A DNA stretch of 64,000 bases from Eledone cirrhosa (lineage: Eukaryota). The translations under genes and the position numbers were made by a program. Positions within the stretch are counted from its first letter, which is position 1. Each line of letters begins with the position of its first letter. The DNA is taken from assembly GCA_964016885.1 (NCBI GenBank), contig OZ024757.1:10850001-10914000 (forward strand). Reading direction: 5' to 3'. Below the pieces are notes generated by a model that did no database searches, had not been told where the DNA came from, and was given only the letters and a program-made list of their open reading frames with translations. This document shows positions 37,219 through 51,361 of this stretch, piece by piece.

Positions 37219-38190
37219 TGTTTCTACTTTTGGCACAAGGCCAGCAATTACTCCAGTACTTTATTTTATCGACCCCGTTAGGCCAACAATTACCCCAGTA
37301 CTTTATTTTATCGACCCCGTACGGCCAGGAATTACCCCAGTACATTATTTTATCGACCCCGTAAGACCAGCAATTACCCCAATACATTATTTTATCGACC
37401 CCGTAAGGCCAGCAATTACCCCAGTACATTATTTTATCGACCCCGTAAGGCCAGCAATTACCCCAGTACTTTATTTTATCGACCCCGTAAGGCCAGCAAT
37501 TACCCCAGTACATTATTTTATCGACCCCGTAAGCCCAGCAATTACCCCACTACTTTATTTTATCGATCCCGTAAGGCCAGGAATTACCCCAGTACTTTAT
37601 TTTATCGACCCGTAAGGCCAGCAATTACCCCAATACATTATTTGATCGACCCCGTAAGGCCAGCAATTACCCCAGTACTTTATTTTATCGACACCGTAAG
37701 GCCAGCAATTACCCCAGTACTTTATTTTATCGACCCCGTAAGGCCAGCAATTACCCCAGTACATTATTTTATCGACCCCGTAAGGCCAGCAATTACCCCA
37801 GTACTTTATTTTAGCGACCCCGTAAGGCCAGCAATTACCCCAGTACTTTATTTTATCGACCCCGTAAAGCCAGGAATTAACCCAGTACTTTATTTTATCG
37901 ACCCCGTAAGGCCAGGAATTACCCCCAGTACTTTATTTTATCGACCCCGTAAGGCCAGGAATTACCCCAGTACTTTATTTTATCGGCCCCCCCGTAAGGC
38001 CAGGAATTACCCCAGTACATTATTTTATCGACCCCGTAAGGCCAGCAATTACCCCAGTACATTATTTTATCGACCCCGTAAGGATGAAAGGCAAAGTTAA
38101 CCTCAACGGGATTTGAACTCAGTCTGTAAAGGGAGGTAACTGCTGGAAAGCATGGCGTCCGACCCTCTACCGATACTGCCAATCCACCTA
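37219..38190 (-). repeat. Family-A SINE with an internal 42-bp segment amplified about 20 times (minisatellite about 37238-38080)
   Basis: Unit taccccagtactttattttatcgaccccgtaaggccagcaat; SINE head intact at 38080-38190. Confidence 0.9.
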
Positions 38191-38589
38191 ATACAAAGGG
38201 GAAGAAAAATTAATTTTCACATAAATATTGAGAGAGAATTGAGTTGTCTGTCTTGTCTGTTGTTGTCTCTGTTAATTCTTTGGTTTTGACTGGTGTTGGG
38301 GGAGAGGAGTAGAAGAAGGGGAGGAGTAGAAGAAGGAGTGGTGAAGGAGGGGGAATAAGGAGGGGGAGAGGAGTAGAAGAAGGAGGAGGCAGGGGATAGG
38401 TGTGGTGGCAGACTGTTGTGAAAGTCCCTTTCAAGAATTGCTACAAGGGCTGGGATTGGTTTGAAAGGTTGGATGACCTGAGAGTTCACCAGGGTGGGTT
38501 CTAAAAGTATCTATCTTGGTATTTTATCTTAGAAGTAATCATTACAGAGTGTACTGGGTGTATTTTAGTGGGCAGTAATTCCATAAAGA

Positions 38590-39480
38590 ACACAGTATAA
38601 TCTGTGGACACAAGCCTTGCAGTGTGATTACAGGCAGGTTAATGGGAAAGATAGATTATATATGTGACATGATGTACATGAGAAGTGAGGACACAGACCA
38701 CACATGAAATAGATTCCTACAACTGTCAGGGGGGCTCCCTAGAATTACAGATGACATATTTCAATATCTCGGTGATCAAGTTAGCAGTGGAGGAAGAATC
38801 TCTAAAAGTGTAATCCCCAGGATAAGGACAGGCTGGAAGAAGTTTAGAGTACTGTTCCATCTGTTGACAACAAAGGGCTTCTCTCTCAGAATGGAGGCTA
38901 GACTGCTTGATACTTATGTGTGATCTGCAATCTACACCCCAGCCATGCCCCTTCCACTACCACCTCTTAGCTATTTCTCTCCATTAATACTCCTCACATT
39001 TCAAGCAGTTTTCTCATCTCAATGAAAGAAAAATATTAGGCTCAAGAGAAGTCTTCAGTTATGCCATGGTGTGGCAACCTCCCTAGGGTTGGGCAAAGTG
39101 TAAATTAGAGTGAAATTAGGTATGAGAGGGATCAGATGCAGTATACAAGAGAGTAGATTACATTGGTATGGTCATGTGATGGGTATAAAGGATGACAGCT
39201 GTATAAAAATGCGCTGGGCAATCAAAGTTGATGGAAGTTATGAAAGCGGAAGACCCAGGAAGACCTGGGATGAGGTAATAAAAGCTGACTTTGCACAATC
39301 GCAACTCTCAAAGACAATGACACAGGATAGAGATCTTCAGATGTATGCAGCAATACAGAAGGCCTGCTTTCCAATGTGCACGGACTCAAACATACATCCA
39401 GTAGGCACCTCCTAACCACTATACTCCTTTCCAAACTCCCACACTCCCACTTCTGTACACACCATAATTTAGACTGTAAA
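38590..39480 (+). mobile_element. Decayed RTE family-1-related LINE 3' portion
   Basis: ORF 39110-39415 LHWYGHV..GRPRKTWDEVIK. Confidence 0.8.
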
Positions 39481-42400
39481 GTGGTAGTGTACAAGTCACA
39501 ACAAAAGCACCCAGTCCACTCTGTAAAGTGGTTGTGTAGGTGTCACAACAAAGAGATCCAGTCCACACTGTAAAGTGGGCATGTAGGTGTCACAACAAAA
39601 AGTAACCAGTCATTATTCATTATTGTAAAGTAGTTGTGTAGGTGTCATAACAAAAAGTACCCAGTCCACTCTGTTAAGTAGATGTGTAGGTGTCATGACA
39701 AAAAGCATCCAGTCCACACTGTAAAGTGTTTGTGTAGGTGTCACAACAAAAACGACCTAGTCCACTCTGTAAAGTGGAAGTGTAGGTGTCATAACAAAAA
39801 GCACTCAGTCCACACTGTAAAGTCGTCATGTAGGTGTCATGACGGAGAGTAACCAGTCCACACTGTAAAGTGGTTGTGTAGGTGTCATGACGGAGAGTAA
39901 CCAGTCTACACTGTAAAGTGGTCATGTAGGTGTCACAACAAAAAGTACCCAGTCCACACTGTAAAGTGGTTGTGTAGGTGTCATGACGGAGAGTAACCAG
40001 TCCACACTGTAAAGTGGTTGTGTAGGTGTCATGACGGAGAGTAACCAGTCCACACTGTAAAGTAGTCATGTAGGTGTCACAACAAAAAGTACCCAGTCCA
40101 CACTGTAAAGTGGTTGTGTAGGTGTCATGACGGAGAGTAACCAGTCCACACGGTAAAGTAGTCAAGTAGGTGTCACAACAAAAAGTACCCAGTCCACACT
40201 GTAAAGTGGTTGTGTAGGTGTCATGACAAAAAGCACTCAGTCTACATTGTAATGTAGTTGTGAAGGTGTCATGACAAAAAGCACCCAGTCCACTCTGTTA
40301 AGTGGATGTGTAGGTATCATGACAAAAAGCACTCAGTTCACACTGTAAAGTAGTCATGTAGGTGTCACAACAAAAAGTACCCAGTCCACACTGTAAAGTG
40401 GTTGTGTAGGTGTCATGACAAAAAGAACCCAGTCCACACTGTAAAGTGGTCATGTAGGTGTCATGACAAAAAGAACCCAGTCTACATTGTAATGTGATTG
40501 TGTAGGTGTCATGACAAAAAGCACCCATTCCACACTGTAAAGTGGTCATGTAGGTGTCATGACAAAAAGCACCCAGCACACACTGTAAAGTGGTCATGTA
40601 GGTGTCATGCCAAAAAACCCAGACCACTCTGTAAAGTGGTCATGTAGGTGTTACAAAAAGAGCACCCAGTCTACTCTGTAAAGTGGTCATGTAGGTGTCA
40701 TGACAAAAAGCACCCAATCCACACTGTAAAGTGGTTGTGTAGGTGTCATGACCAAAAGCACCCAGTCCACACTGTAAAGTGTTTGTGTAGGTGTGACAAC
40801 AAAAAGGACCCAGTCGACTCTGTAAAGTGGTTGTTTGGTGTCATAACAAAAAGCACTCAGTCGACACTGTAAAGTGGATGAGTAGGTTTTACAACAAAAA
40901 GCACCCAGTCCATTCTGTAAAATGGTTGTGTTGGTATCATGGCAAAAGGCACCCAGTCCACTCTGTAAAGTGGTTGCGTTGGTGACACAACAAAAAGAAC
41001 CCAGTCCACTCTGTAAAGTTGATATTTTGGTGTCATGGCAAAAAGCACCCAGTCATTATTGCAAAGTGGTTGTATAGGTGTCAAAACAAAAAGCAACCAG
41101 TCCACACTGTAAAGTGGTTGTGTAGGTGTCACAACAAAAAGCACTCAGTCCACTCTGTAAAGTGGTCATGTAGGTGTCATGACAAAAAGCACCCAGTCCA
41201 CACTGTAAATGAGGGTGGTATTAGGAAGGACATCCAGCTGTAGAATAAGCTAAAATCAGTTTTGTACGAACAAGACCTGGTCACCTGACTTGCCCACAAC
41301 AAGACAACAGGTCTAACCCATGCTAGTGTGGAATAATGGATGTAAACCAGTGATGATGATCTACTCATCATGTCATATATATTGACATGATGATTCTGTT
41401 ATGGAATTACAATAAACACATGCCTGGTTGTGGAATACTCAGCCATAAACATATTATTTGTGGTGTGTTAGTATATGTGTGTGAGTGTAAGTTACCCTGT
41501 GTGGGTGTGTGGTAGAATGAATGTACATACGTGCTGTGTGTCTTCTCTAATATATCAATATGAAGAGAACACTTGACCTTACTTAATCAATGTTTTGTTC
41601 AAAGTGAAGATACAGTTTTGTTTCACAATAAACAACTTTGATAACATTCTATTTAAGTTTTTGTCTATATCAATCTGTCATCATCATCATCAACAACTTT
41701 TAACATGCTAGCTGGAGCTTAATTGTCCCCAAAAGCAACCAGTCCACACAATAAATTGGTCATGTAGGTGTCATGACAAAAGCACCCTGTCCACACTGTA
41801 AAGTGGTTATGTAGGTGTCATGACGGAGAGTAACCATTCCACACTGTAAAGTAGTCATGTAGGTGTCACAACAAAAAGTACCCAGTCCACACTGTAAAGT
41901 GGTTGTGTAGGTGTCATGACAAAAAGCACTCAGTCTACATTGTAATGTGGCTATGTAGGTGTCACAACAAAAAGGACCCAGTCCACACTGTAAAGTGGTC
42001 ATGTAGGTGTCATGACAAAAAGAACCCAGTCTACACTGTAAAGTGGTCATGTAGGTGACATGACAAAAAGCACCCAGTCCACACTGTAAAGTGGTCTTGT
42101 AGGTGTCATAACAAAAAGCACCCAGTCTACATTGTAATGTGATTGTGTAGGTGTCATGACAAAAAGCACTCAGTCCACACTGTAAAGTGGTCATGTAGGT
42201 ATCATGACAAAAAGCACCTAGCCCACACCGTAAAGTGGTCATGTGCCAAAAAACCCAGACCACTCTGTAAAGTGGTCATGTAGGTGTCACAAAAAAAGCA
42301 CCCAGTCTACTCTGTAAAGTGGTCATGTAGGTGTCATGACAAAAAGCACCCAGTCCACTCCCTAAAGTGTTTGTGTAGGTGTCAGAACAAAGCACCCAAT

Positions 42401-45400
42401 CCACACTGTAAAGTGGTTGTGTAGGTGTCACAACAAAAAGCACCCAGTCCACCCTGTAAATTGGTTGTGTAGGTGTCACAACAAAAAGCACCCAGTCGAC
42501 ACTGTAAAGTGGTTGTGTAGGTGTCATGACCAAAAGCACCCAGTCCATACTGTAAAGTGTTTGTGTAGGTGTCACAACAAAAAGGACCTAGTCCACACTG
42601 TAAAGTGGAATTGTAGGTGTCATAACAAAAAGCACTCAGTCCACACTGTAAAGTCGTCATGTAGGTGTCATGACGGAGAGTAACCAGTCCACACTGTAAA
42701 GTAGTCATGTAGGTGTCACAACAAAAAGCACCCAGTCCACACTGTAAATTGGTTGTGTAGGTGTCATGACAAAAAGCAATCAGTCCACACTGTAAAGTGG
42801 TCATGTAGGTGTCATGACAAAAAGAATCCAGTCTACATTGTAATGTGGTTGTGTAGGTGCCATGACAAAAATGACCCAGTCCACACTGTAAAGTGGTCAT
42901 GTAGGTGTCTTGACAAAAAGCACCCAGTCTACACTGTAAAGTGGTCATGTAGGTGACATGCAAAAAGCACACAGTCCACATTGTAAAGTGTTCATGTCGA
43001 TGTCATGACAAAAAGCACCCAGTTCTCACTGTAAAGTGGTCATGTAGGTGTCATGACAAAAAGTACCCAGTCCACTCCCTGAAGTGTTTGTGTAGGTGTC
43101 ACAACAAAGCACGCAGTCTAAACTGTAAAGTGGTTGAGTAGGTGTCATGACAAAAAGCACCAAGTCTACACTGTAAAGTGTTTGTTTAGGTGTCATGACA
43201 GAAGCACCCAGTCCACACTGTAAAGTGGTTGTGTAGGTGTCATGCAAAAAGCACCCAGTCCACACTGTAAATGAGGTTGGCGTTAGGAAGGACATCCAGT
43301 TGTAGAATAAGCTAAAATCAGTTTTGTACGAACAAGATATGGTCACCTGACTTGCCCACAACAGGCCAACAAGTCTAACCCATTCTAGTGTGGAATAATG
43401 GATGTAAACCAGTGATGATGATCTACTCTGTCATATATATTGACATGATGATTCTGTCATGGAATTACAATAAACACATGGCTGGTTGTGGAATACTCAG
43501 CCATAAACATATTATTTGTGGTGTGTTAGTATATGTGTGTCAGTGTAAGTTACTCTGTGTGTGTGGTATAATGAATGTCACAAGTCACAACAAAAGCACC
43601 CAGTCCACTCTGTAAAGTGGATGAGTAGGTTTCGCAACAAAAAGCACCCACTCCATTCTGTAAAATGGTTGTGTTGGTATCATGTCAAAAGGCACCCAGT
43701 CCACTCTTTAAAGTGGTTGCGTTGGTGTCACAACAAAAAGAACCCAGTCCACTCTGTAAAGTTGATAAGTTGGTGTCATGACAAAAAGCACCCAGTCATT
43801 ATTGCAAAGTGGTTGTGTAGGTGTCACAACAAAAAGCACCCAGTCCACACTGTAAAGTGGTCATGTAGGTGTCACAACAAAAAGCACCCAGTCCACACTG
43901 TAAAGTGGTTGTGTAGGTGTCATGACAAAAGCACCCAGTCCACACTGTAAAGTGGTTGTGTAGGTGTCACAACAAAAACACCCAGTCCACACTGTAAAGT
44001 GGTCATGTAGGTGTCACAACAAAAAGCACCCAGTCCACACTGTAAAGTGGTTGTGTAGGTGTCATGACAAAAGCACCCAGTCCACACTGTAAAGTGGTTG
44101 TGTAGGTGTCATGACAAAAGCACCCACTCCACACTGTAAAGTGGTTGTGTAGGTGTAATGACAATAAGCAGCCAGTCCACACTGTAAAGTGGTTGTGTAG
44201 ATGTCACAACAAAACACCCAGTCCACACTGTAAAGTGCCCATGTAGGTGTCACAACAAAAGCACCCAGTCTACTCTGTAAAGTGTTTGTGTAGGTGCCGC
44301 AACAAAAACACCCAGTCCACCATGTAAAGTGGTTGTGTAGGTGTCACAAAAAAGCACCCCGTCTACACTGTAAAGAGGTTGTGTAGGTGTCACAACAAAA
44401 ACACCCAGTCCACACTGTAAAGTGATTGTGTAGATATCACAACAAAAGCACCCAGTCCACACTGTAAAGTGGTCATGTTGGTGTGACAACAAAACACCCA
44501 GTCCACACTGTAAAATGGTTGTGTAGGTTTCGCAACAAAAAGCACCCAGTCCACTCTGTAAAGTGGTCGTGATGGTATCATGACAAAAGGCACCCAGTCC
44601 ACTCTGTAAAGTGGTGTGTTGGTGTCTCAACAAAAAGCAACCAGTCCACTATGTAAAGTGGATGAGTAGGTTTCGCAACAAAAAGCACCCACTCCATTCT
44701 GTAAAATGGTTGTGTTGGTATCATGTCAAAAGGCACCCAGTCCACTCTGGAAAGTGGTTGTGTTGGTGTCACAACAAAAATCACCCAGTCCACTCTGTAA
44801 AGTTGATGTGCTGGTGTCATGACAAAAAGCACCCAGACATTATTGCAAAGTGGTTGTGTAGGTGTCACAACAAAAAGCACCCAGTCCACACTGTAGAGTG
44901 GCTGTGTAGGTGTCATGGCATTAGGAAGGACATCCAGCTGTAGAATAAGCTAAAATCAGTTTTGTACGAACAAGACATGGTCACCTGACTTGCCCACAAC
45001 AGGCCAACAAGTCTAACCCATGCTAGTGTGGAAGAATGTGTGTAAGCCAGTGATGATGATCTACTCTGTCATATATATTGACATGATGATTCTGTTATGG
45101 AATTACAATAAAAACATGCCTGGTTATGGAATACTCAGCCATAAACATATTATTTGTGGTGTGTTAGTATATGTGTGTGAGTGTAAGTTACCCTGTGTGG
45201 GTGTGTGGTAGAATGAATGTATATACGTGCTGTGTGTCTTCTCTAATATATCAATATGAAGAGAACACTTGACCTTACCTAATCAATGTTTTCTTCTAAG
45301 TCAAGATACAGTTTTGTTTCACAATAAACAACTTTGATAACATTCTATTTAAGTTTTTGTCTATATCAATCTGTCATCATCATCATCAACAACTTTTAAC

Positions 45401-46318
45401 ATGCTAGCTGGAGTTTAACTGTCCCATTAGATGGCTGAATGAAAAGTTGTTGATGATGATGATGACAGATTGATATAGACAAACACTTAAATAGAATGTT
45501 ATCAAAGTTGTTTATTGTGAAACAAAACTGTATCTTGACTTTGAAGAAAACATTGATTAGGTAAGGTCAAGTGTTCTCTTCATATTGATATATTAGAGAA
45601 GACGCACAGCACATATGTACATTCATTCTACCACACACCCACACAGGGTAACTTACACTCACACACATATACTAACACACCACAAATAATATGTTTATGG
45701 CTGAGTATTCCACAACCATACATGTGTTTATTGTAATTCCATGACAGAATCATCATGTCAATATATATGACAAAGTAGATCATCATCACTGGTTTACATC
45801 CATTATTCCACACTAGCATGGGTTAGACTTGTTGGCCTGTTGTGGGCAAGTCAGGTGACCATATCTTGTCCGTACAAAACTAATTTTAGCTTATTCTACA
45901 GCTGGATGTCCTTCCTAACACCAACCTTATTTACAGTGTGGTTGGCTCCGTTTTGTCATGACGCCAACATGACCACTTTACAGTGTGGACTGGATGTTTT
46001 TGTTGTGACACATACACAACCACTTCATAGTGTAGACTGGGTGTTTTTGTTGTGACACCTACACAACCACCTTACAGTGTAGACTGGGTGTTTTTGTTGT
46101 GCCACCTACATGACCACTTTACAGCGTGGACTGTGTGTTTTTGTTGTGACACATACGCAACCACTTTAGAGTGTAGACTGGGTGTTTTTGTTATGACACC
46201 TACACAACCACTTTACAGTGTGGACTGGGTGCTTTTGTTATGACACCTACATGGCCACTTTACAGTGTGGACTTGGTGTTTTTTGTTATGACACCTACAC
46301 AAACACTTTACAGTGTGG
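39480..46318. repeat. 47-48-bp satellite derived from the RTE 3' UTR: three direct blocks plus one inverted block, each ending in LINE tail plus shared flank
   Basis: Unit aaaaagcacccagtccacactgtaaagtggttgtgtaggtgtcacaac. Tail+flank at about 41215-41730, 43275-43577, 44915-45427, and inverted at 45442-45930. Confidence 0.92.
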
Positions 46319-46319
46319 G

Positions 46320-46760
46320 ATATGGGCTTCACTAGATTGGTACTTCGGCCTGTCCTCATGGAAGATGTATGGGGGTGGGTGGGTTAGGTGGTGTTTTTCA
46401 CACTGTATATATGCTTAAGCTTCGGCCTGGGCCTGTGGGAAGTGAGGTCTACTGTATTATTACGTAACACCAGATATCTTGGTCCTGTGCCATTGAGAGG
46501 TGCAATTGGGCAAGGTCAACTTTTATCGCCTCATCCCAAGTCTTCCTGGCTCTCCTCGCACCAAGGCTTCCATCAAATCGAGCGCTCTGAACCTTTTTAT
46601 GCAGCTGTCATCTTTCATACACATCACAGATTCATACCAACACACACTCCTGCACACAACATTTCATTCCTCTTATGCTTAGTCTCTCTTTCAGTTCGTT
46701 TATGCTTTGGCGTTCACATATATTACTATTACACATCCATCAGAGGATGCAAGCACATAT
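46320..46760 (-). mobile_element. RTE family-1-related LINE 3' fragment
   Basis: Reverse complement resembles 55119-55460. Confidence 0.75.
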
Positions 46761-46764
46761 ACAT

Positions 46765-46794
<30 letters not shown>

Positions 46795-46795
<1 letters not shown>

Positions 46796-47434
46796 CTAGG
46801 GCGGGTAAAATTCCCGAGATCCATGGATGAGTTCTCTCCAGCGGTCTCTGTCCCTCATTATCGCTGCCATGTCCTACGTCTCCAACAGACCAGTGTCTGT
46901 TCCTAAGGGCATCAACATACGTTAACCTTGGTCTTCCTCTTCCAGTGTGTCCAAGTAGGGGCTCCCACAGGAGCACTGAGTGCAATGTCAACTCTGGATG
47001 TCGGTGAGCATGTCCAGCTAACCTCAGTCTCCTCTGTGTCCCTTTTGAGCTGACTTTTGGGAGGCTCCCATACATCTCTGAGTTTTTCATCCTCAGTGTA
47101 TACTGATTAATGTTCTGAGCCATCCTCAGCATTCTCGTATAGCACCCATCGAGCATCTGAGTGAGTTTCTTGGTCAGTGTCCAAGTCTCAGACCCGTACA
47201 GCAGCACAGATTCCACTACAGCAATGAAGAGGCAGATTTTCAGGTCTTTACAAAGGTCCGATTTCCACACCCATCTCAAGCTGTGGCACGCTTCCCAGGC
47301 TTCGCTCTTCCTCTCAACCACATCATCTTGCGTATTCCCAATCTTTGCTCCCAAATTCAAGAAGTCCTCAACCAAATCTAGCAGCTTTCTGCCTACATTA
47401 GTGATCCCCTCTGGCTTCTCAACATTCTCTACCA

Positions 47435-47436
<2 letters not shown>
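46795..47436 (-). mobile_element. RTE-like LINE 3' fragment (family 3)
   Basis: [43 protein letters not shown]. Confidence 0.85.
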
Positions 47437-47503
<67 letters not shown>

Positions 47504-47586
47504 TGTATATATATATATATATATATACATACATATATGTATATATATAAATTACACTATAATCGAAGCTATGTTCAAATCATTTT

Positions 47587-47637
47587 AATGCTGACAATCG
47601 TTTCTTCCAAACTATCATTTGGATTCATCGGAGCATT
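47587..47637 (-). ncRNA. PLE-type hammerhead motif, partly decayed
   Basis: AATGCT / CCGATGA / aTCCAAA-TGATAG-TTTGGAa / GAAA-CGATTG-TC / AGCATT. Confidence 0.6.
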
Positions 47638-48145
47638 AGCAATGTTTGTACATATAAATAACATCCTATTCAACTGAATAATCATATAGATACATGGATA
47701 TTAATGTTGCCAAGAACAGTTTCGAATTTACAGAGTGGAATGGATGCGACATAGATTTCAAGAGAATTGTACAATAATTAAAATTAAAAATTAAAAGTTA
47801 AAAAGGCACAGAGTGGAATGCATGGAACAGAAATTAGTATAACAATTAGAGAGGCATTACAGTACAGTTACTTGGGAAAAACGAAGACACTAGTAGTACA
47901 TATGCAAGCGTATAGAGAATATATACATATTCATCTATGTATATATAACAAAGAAAGTGTGGTAAGGTGGATTATAACGCACCAGAGTACTCAATACTTA
48001 GTGTAGTGAATTGGGTGTGTTCGGATCTAACTGTCGAAACGCCTGGAGCTCAGCCATCGGGGTCTTGACGCTATTCCTATATATATATATAAAATAAAGT
48101 AATTAAGTCAAATATTTAAGATATGGCTTCGTTTATTAAAGATGT

Positions 48146-48200
48146 ACTGCTATATATATTTCGGTGACAGCCATCATTGGCTGTGACCTCTTCAGGCAGT
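48146..48200 (-). ncRNA. Type I hammerhead ribozyme with canonical core
   Basis: ACTGC / CTGAAGA / GGTCACAGCCA-ATGA-TGGCTGTCACC / GAAA-TATATA-TA / GCAGT, then AATAAA. Confidence 0.85.
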
Positions 48201-48363
48201 TCGAATTTGTGTGGTAGAGACAGGTGCAGATGTTGTTAAAGTATTTTACTCCGTCAATACTCCGATATGTCCAGTTCCTGGTTGGGTTGTTATTTTTCTG
48301 AGGAACTGGAATTATATGAATTCGAACAACCAACATATACTCAACATATACTAAAAATATATG

Positions 48364-48396
<33 letters not shown>

Positions 48397-48937
48397 CAAT
48401 GATATATATTTATTTTATTTTATTGCTTATTTTAAAGATAGTTTCCATTTATTAATATCATTGATATTAAACTCCAGAAGAATACTGGAGAGTGCTTCGA
48501 ATCTGTTATAAATAAATTTGTTGAATAATTGTAGTAGCTGCACATTACAGAGTGTACTGGGTGTATGTGTAGATGTGTGTGTGTGTTGAATTCTCTGAGG
48601 CCTACCATATTTAACAAATTCACAACCATTCACATTCACATTGACACACAGACACACACACACACACACAGGCAGGCAGACACATACGTGACGTCGTCAT
48701 GGTTTACTATAGTTCACTACAGAAGGATTATTTTAGATCAAATATATTATTTTAATCCAAATGAAATTATAAATTACAGGTTGACACACCCCGGGGGGTC
48801 TAATCCTTTTACCTTGTAAAATTCCATTTGATTTTGTCACCTTTTGAGAATGCATAAGAACAGACAGAGAAACAGAAAGACAAAGAATGTTATCTATAGA
48901 GAGATAGCCTCATTTTATCTATAGAAATAAATCTATA

Positions 48938-50560
48938 GAGAAGTACCTAGCTAAAAGTAAACACCTATACTTAGCTTTTGTTGACTTGGAGAAAGCCTTT
49001 GACAGAGTACCCCGTTCCATTATCTGGTGGGCTCTTAGAAAACTCGGTGTTGATGAATGGCTTGTGAGAGCTATACAAGCCATGTATAAAGAAACAGTCA
49101 GCAAGGTTAGAATTAACAACGAATATAGTGAAGAGTTTAACGTAAAAGTTGGTGTTCATCAGGACTCCGTCCTTAGCCCCCTACTATTTATTATTGCCCT
49201 TCAGGCTATAACAGAGGAGTTCAAGACCGGCTGCCCATGGGAACTCCTATACGCAGATGATCTAACGCTCATAGCTGAATCAATGGCTGAACTAGAGAAG
49301 AAATTCCAAACATGGAAGCATGGCCTAGAATCAAAAGGCCTTAAAATTAACCTGTCTAAGACTAAAGTTCTAGTTTGTAGGAAGGAAAATAGGGCACCGG
49401 TACCATCCGGGAAATGGCCATGCTCAGTGTGTAGGAAAGGAGTAGGCAGATACTCCATTTTATGTCCCAAATGCAAGGTATGGGTGCATAAAAGATGTAG
49501 TGGGATCACAGGTAAGCTAACTAAGAATATAGATTTTATATGTGTCTGGTGCTCTGGTGCAATATGTAGCAGCAAGTGGCCAGAGAATACTAGCTCATTC
49601 CATTGCACAGATGGTTCTATAGAAATAGTGGACACCTTCCGTTACTTGGGGGACAAAATCAGCAGTGGAGGAGGGTGCTCTGAAAGTACAGTTGCTAGAG
49701 TCAGAACTGGATGGGAAAAGTTCAGAGAGCTTATACCACTATTAGCCTCTAAAGGGTTCTCTCTAAAAATGAAAGGCAGGCTGTATGATGCCTGCATACG
49801 AACAGCAATGTTACAGGGCAGTGAGATCTGGGCATTGTGTGCAGAGGATATACGCAGACTGGAGAGGAACGAAGCTTGCATGCTCCGCTGGATGTGTAAT
49901 AGTAATATACGTGAACGGCAAAACATAAACGAACTAAGGGAAAAATTAGAAATAAGAGGGATCAGATGTTGTTTACTCGAGAGAAGACTACGTTGGTACG
50001 GTCACGTGATGCGCATGAAAGACGACAGCTGTATAAAAAAGTGCAGGGCGATAAAATAGACGGTAGCCATGGAGTAGGCAGACCCAGAAAAACCTGGGAC
50101 GACTTGATAAATTCCGACCTCATACACTTACACCTCTCCAAAACAATGTCACTGGACCGAGATCTTTGGCGCTACACGGTGATACAGAAGACCCACCTTA
50201 CCTAAGTACAAAGCGAAACCTACATTCAGTAGGCACCTCTAACAAAATAACCCCCCCCCCCCCCCTTAAATTTGAAGTTATGTTGGTACCACAACGTCCA
50301 GTCCGAAACAAATGAAGTCATGTAGGTGTCACGACAAAAAAACACACAGTCCACGCTGTAATGTGGCCGTGTAGGTAACACGGTAAAAACCTCCCAGTTC
50401 CACGCTGTAAACGTGGTTGGTGTTAGGAAGGGCATCCAGCGGTAGAAAACTCGCCAGACAGTCCTATGCGAGCAAGACAACCACTCTTGCCTCAACTGGG
50501 AAAACTCCCGTCCAACTCCATGCAAGCGTGGAATATGGACGTTAAACGATGATGATGATG
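48938..50560 (+). mobile_element. RTE-clade LINE (family 1), 5'-truncated, relatively intact
   Basis: 357-aa ORF 48986-50059 (EKAFDRVP, LYADD, Cys-rich insert); (GAT)n tail. Confidence 0.93.
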
Positions 50561-50597
50561 ATATATACATATATATATATACATATATATACACATA

Positions 50598-50629
<32 letters not shown>

Positions 50630-50712
50630 CATATATATATATACATATATATACATATATATATACATATATATACATATATATATACATATATATACAT
50701 ATATATATATAC

Positions 50713-50765
<53 letters not shown>

Positions 50766-50868
50766 CATACATATATATACATATATATATATATACATAT
50801 ATATACATATATATATACATATATATACATATATATACATATATATATATATACATATATATATATAC

Positions 50869-50901
<33 letters not shown>

Positions 50902-50940
50902 CATATATATACATATATATACATATATATATATATATAC

Positions 50941-50991
<51 letters not shown>

Positions 50992-51160
50992 TATATACAT
51001 ATATATACATATACATATATATATACATATATATACATATACATATATATACATATATATGTACATATACATATATATACATATACATATATATATACAT
51101 ATATATGTACATATACATATATATACATATACATATATATATATATACATATATATGTAC

Positions 51161-51229
<69 letters not shown>

Positions 51230-51292
51230 CATATATACATATATATACATATATATATATACATATATATATATACATATATATATATATAC

Positions 51293-51341
<49 letters not shown>

Positions 51342-51361
51342 CAAATATATATATATATATA
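50561..51361. repeat. About 800-bp compound (TA)n/(TACA) microsatellite between two convergent LINE tails
   Basis: Read directly from the sequence. Confidence 0.95.

Noticed and set aside
39674-44943. Cys/His/Thr-rich repetitive ORFs
   Set aside because: Translations of the 48-bp satellite.
37238-46318. CRISPR-like appearance of the 42-bp and 48-bp arrays
   Set aside because: Contiguous tandem units with no unique spacers, no cas genes, eukaryotic context, and clear SINE/LINE origin.
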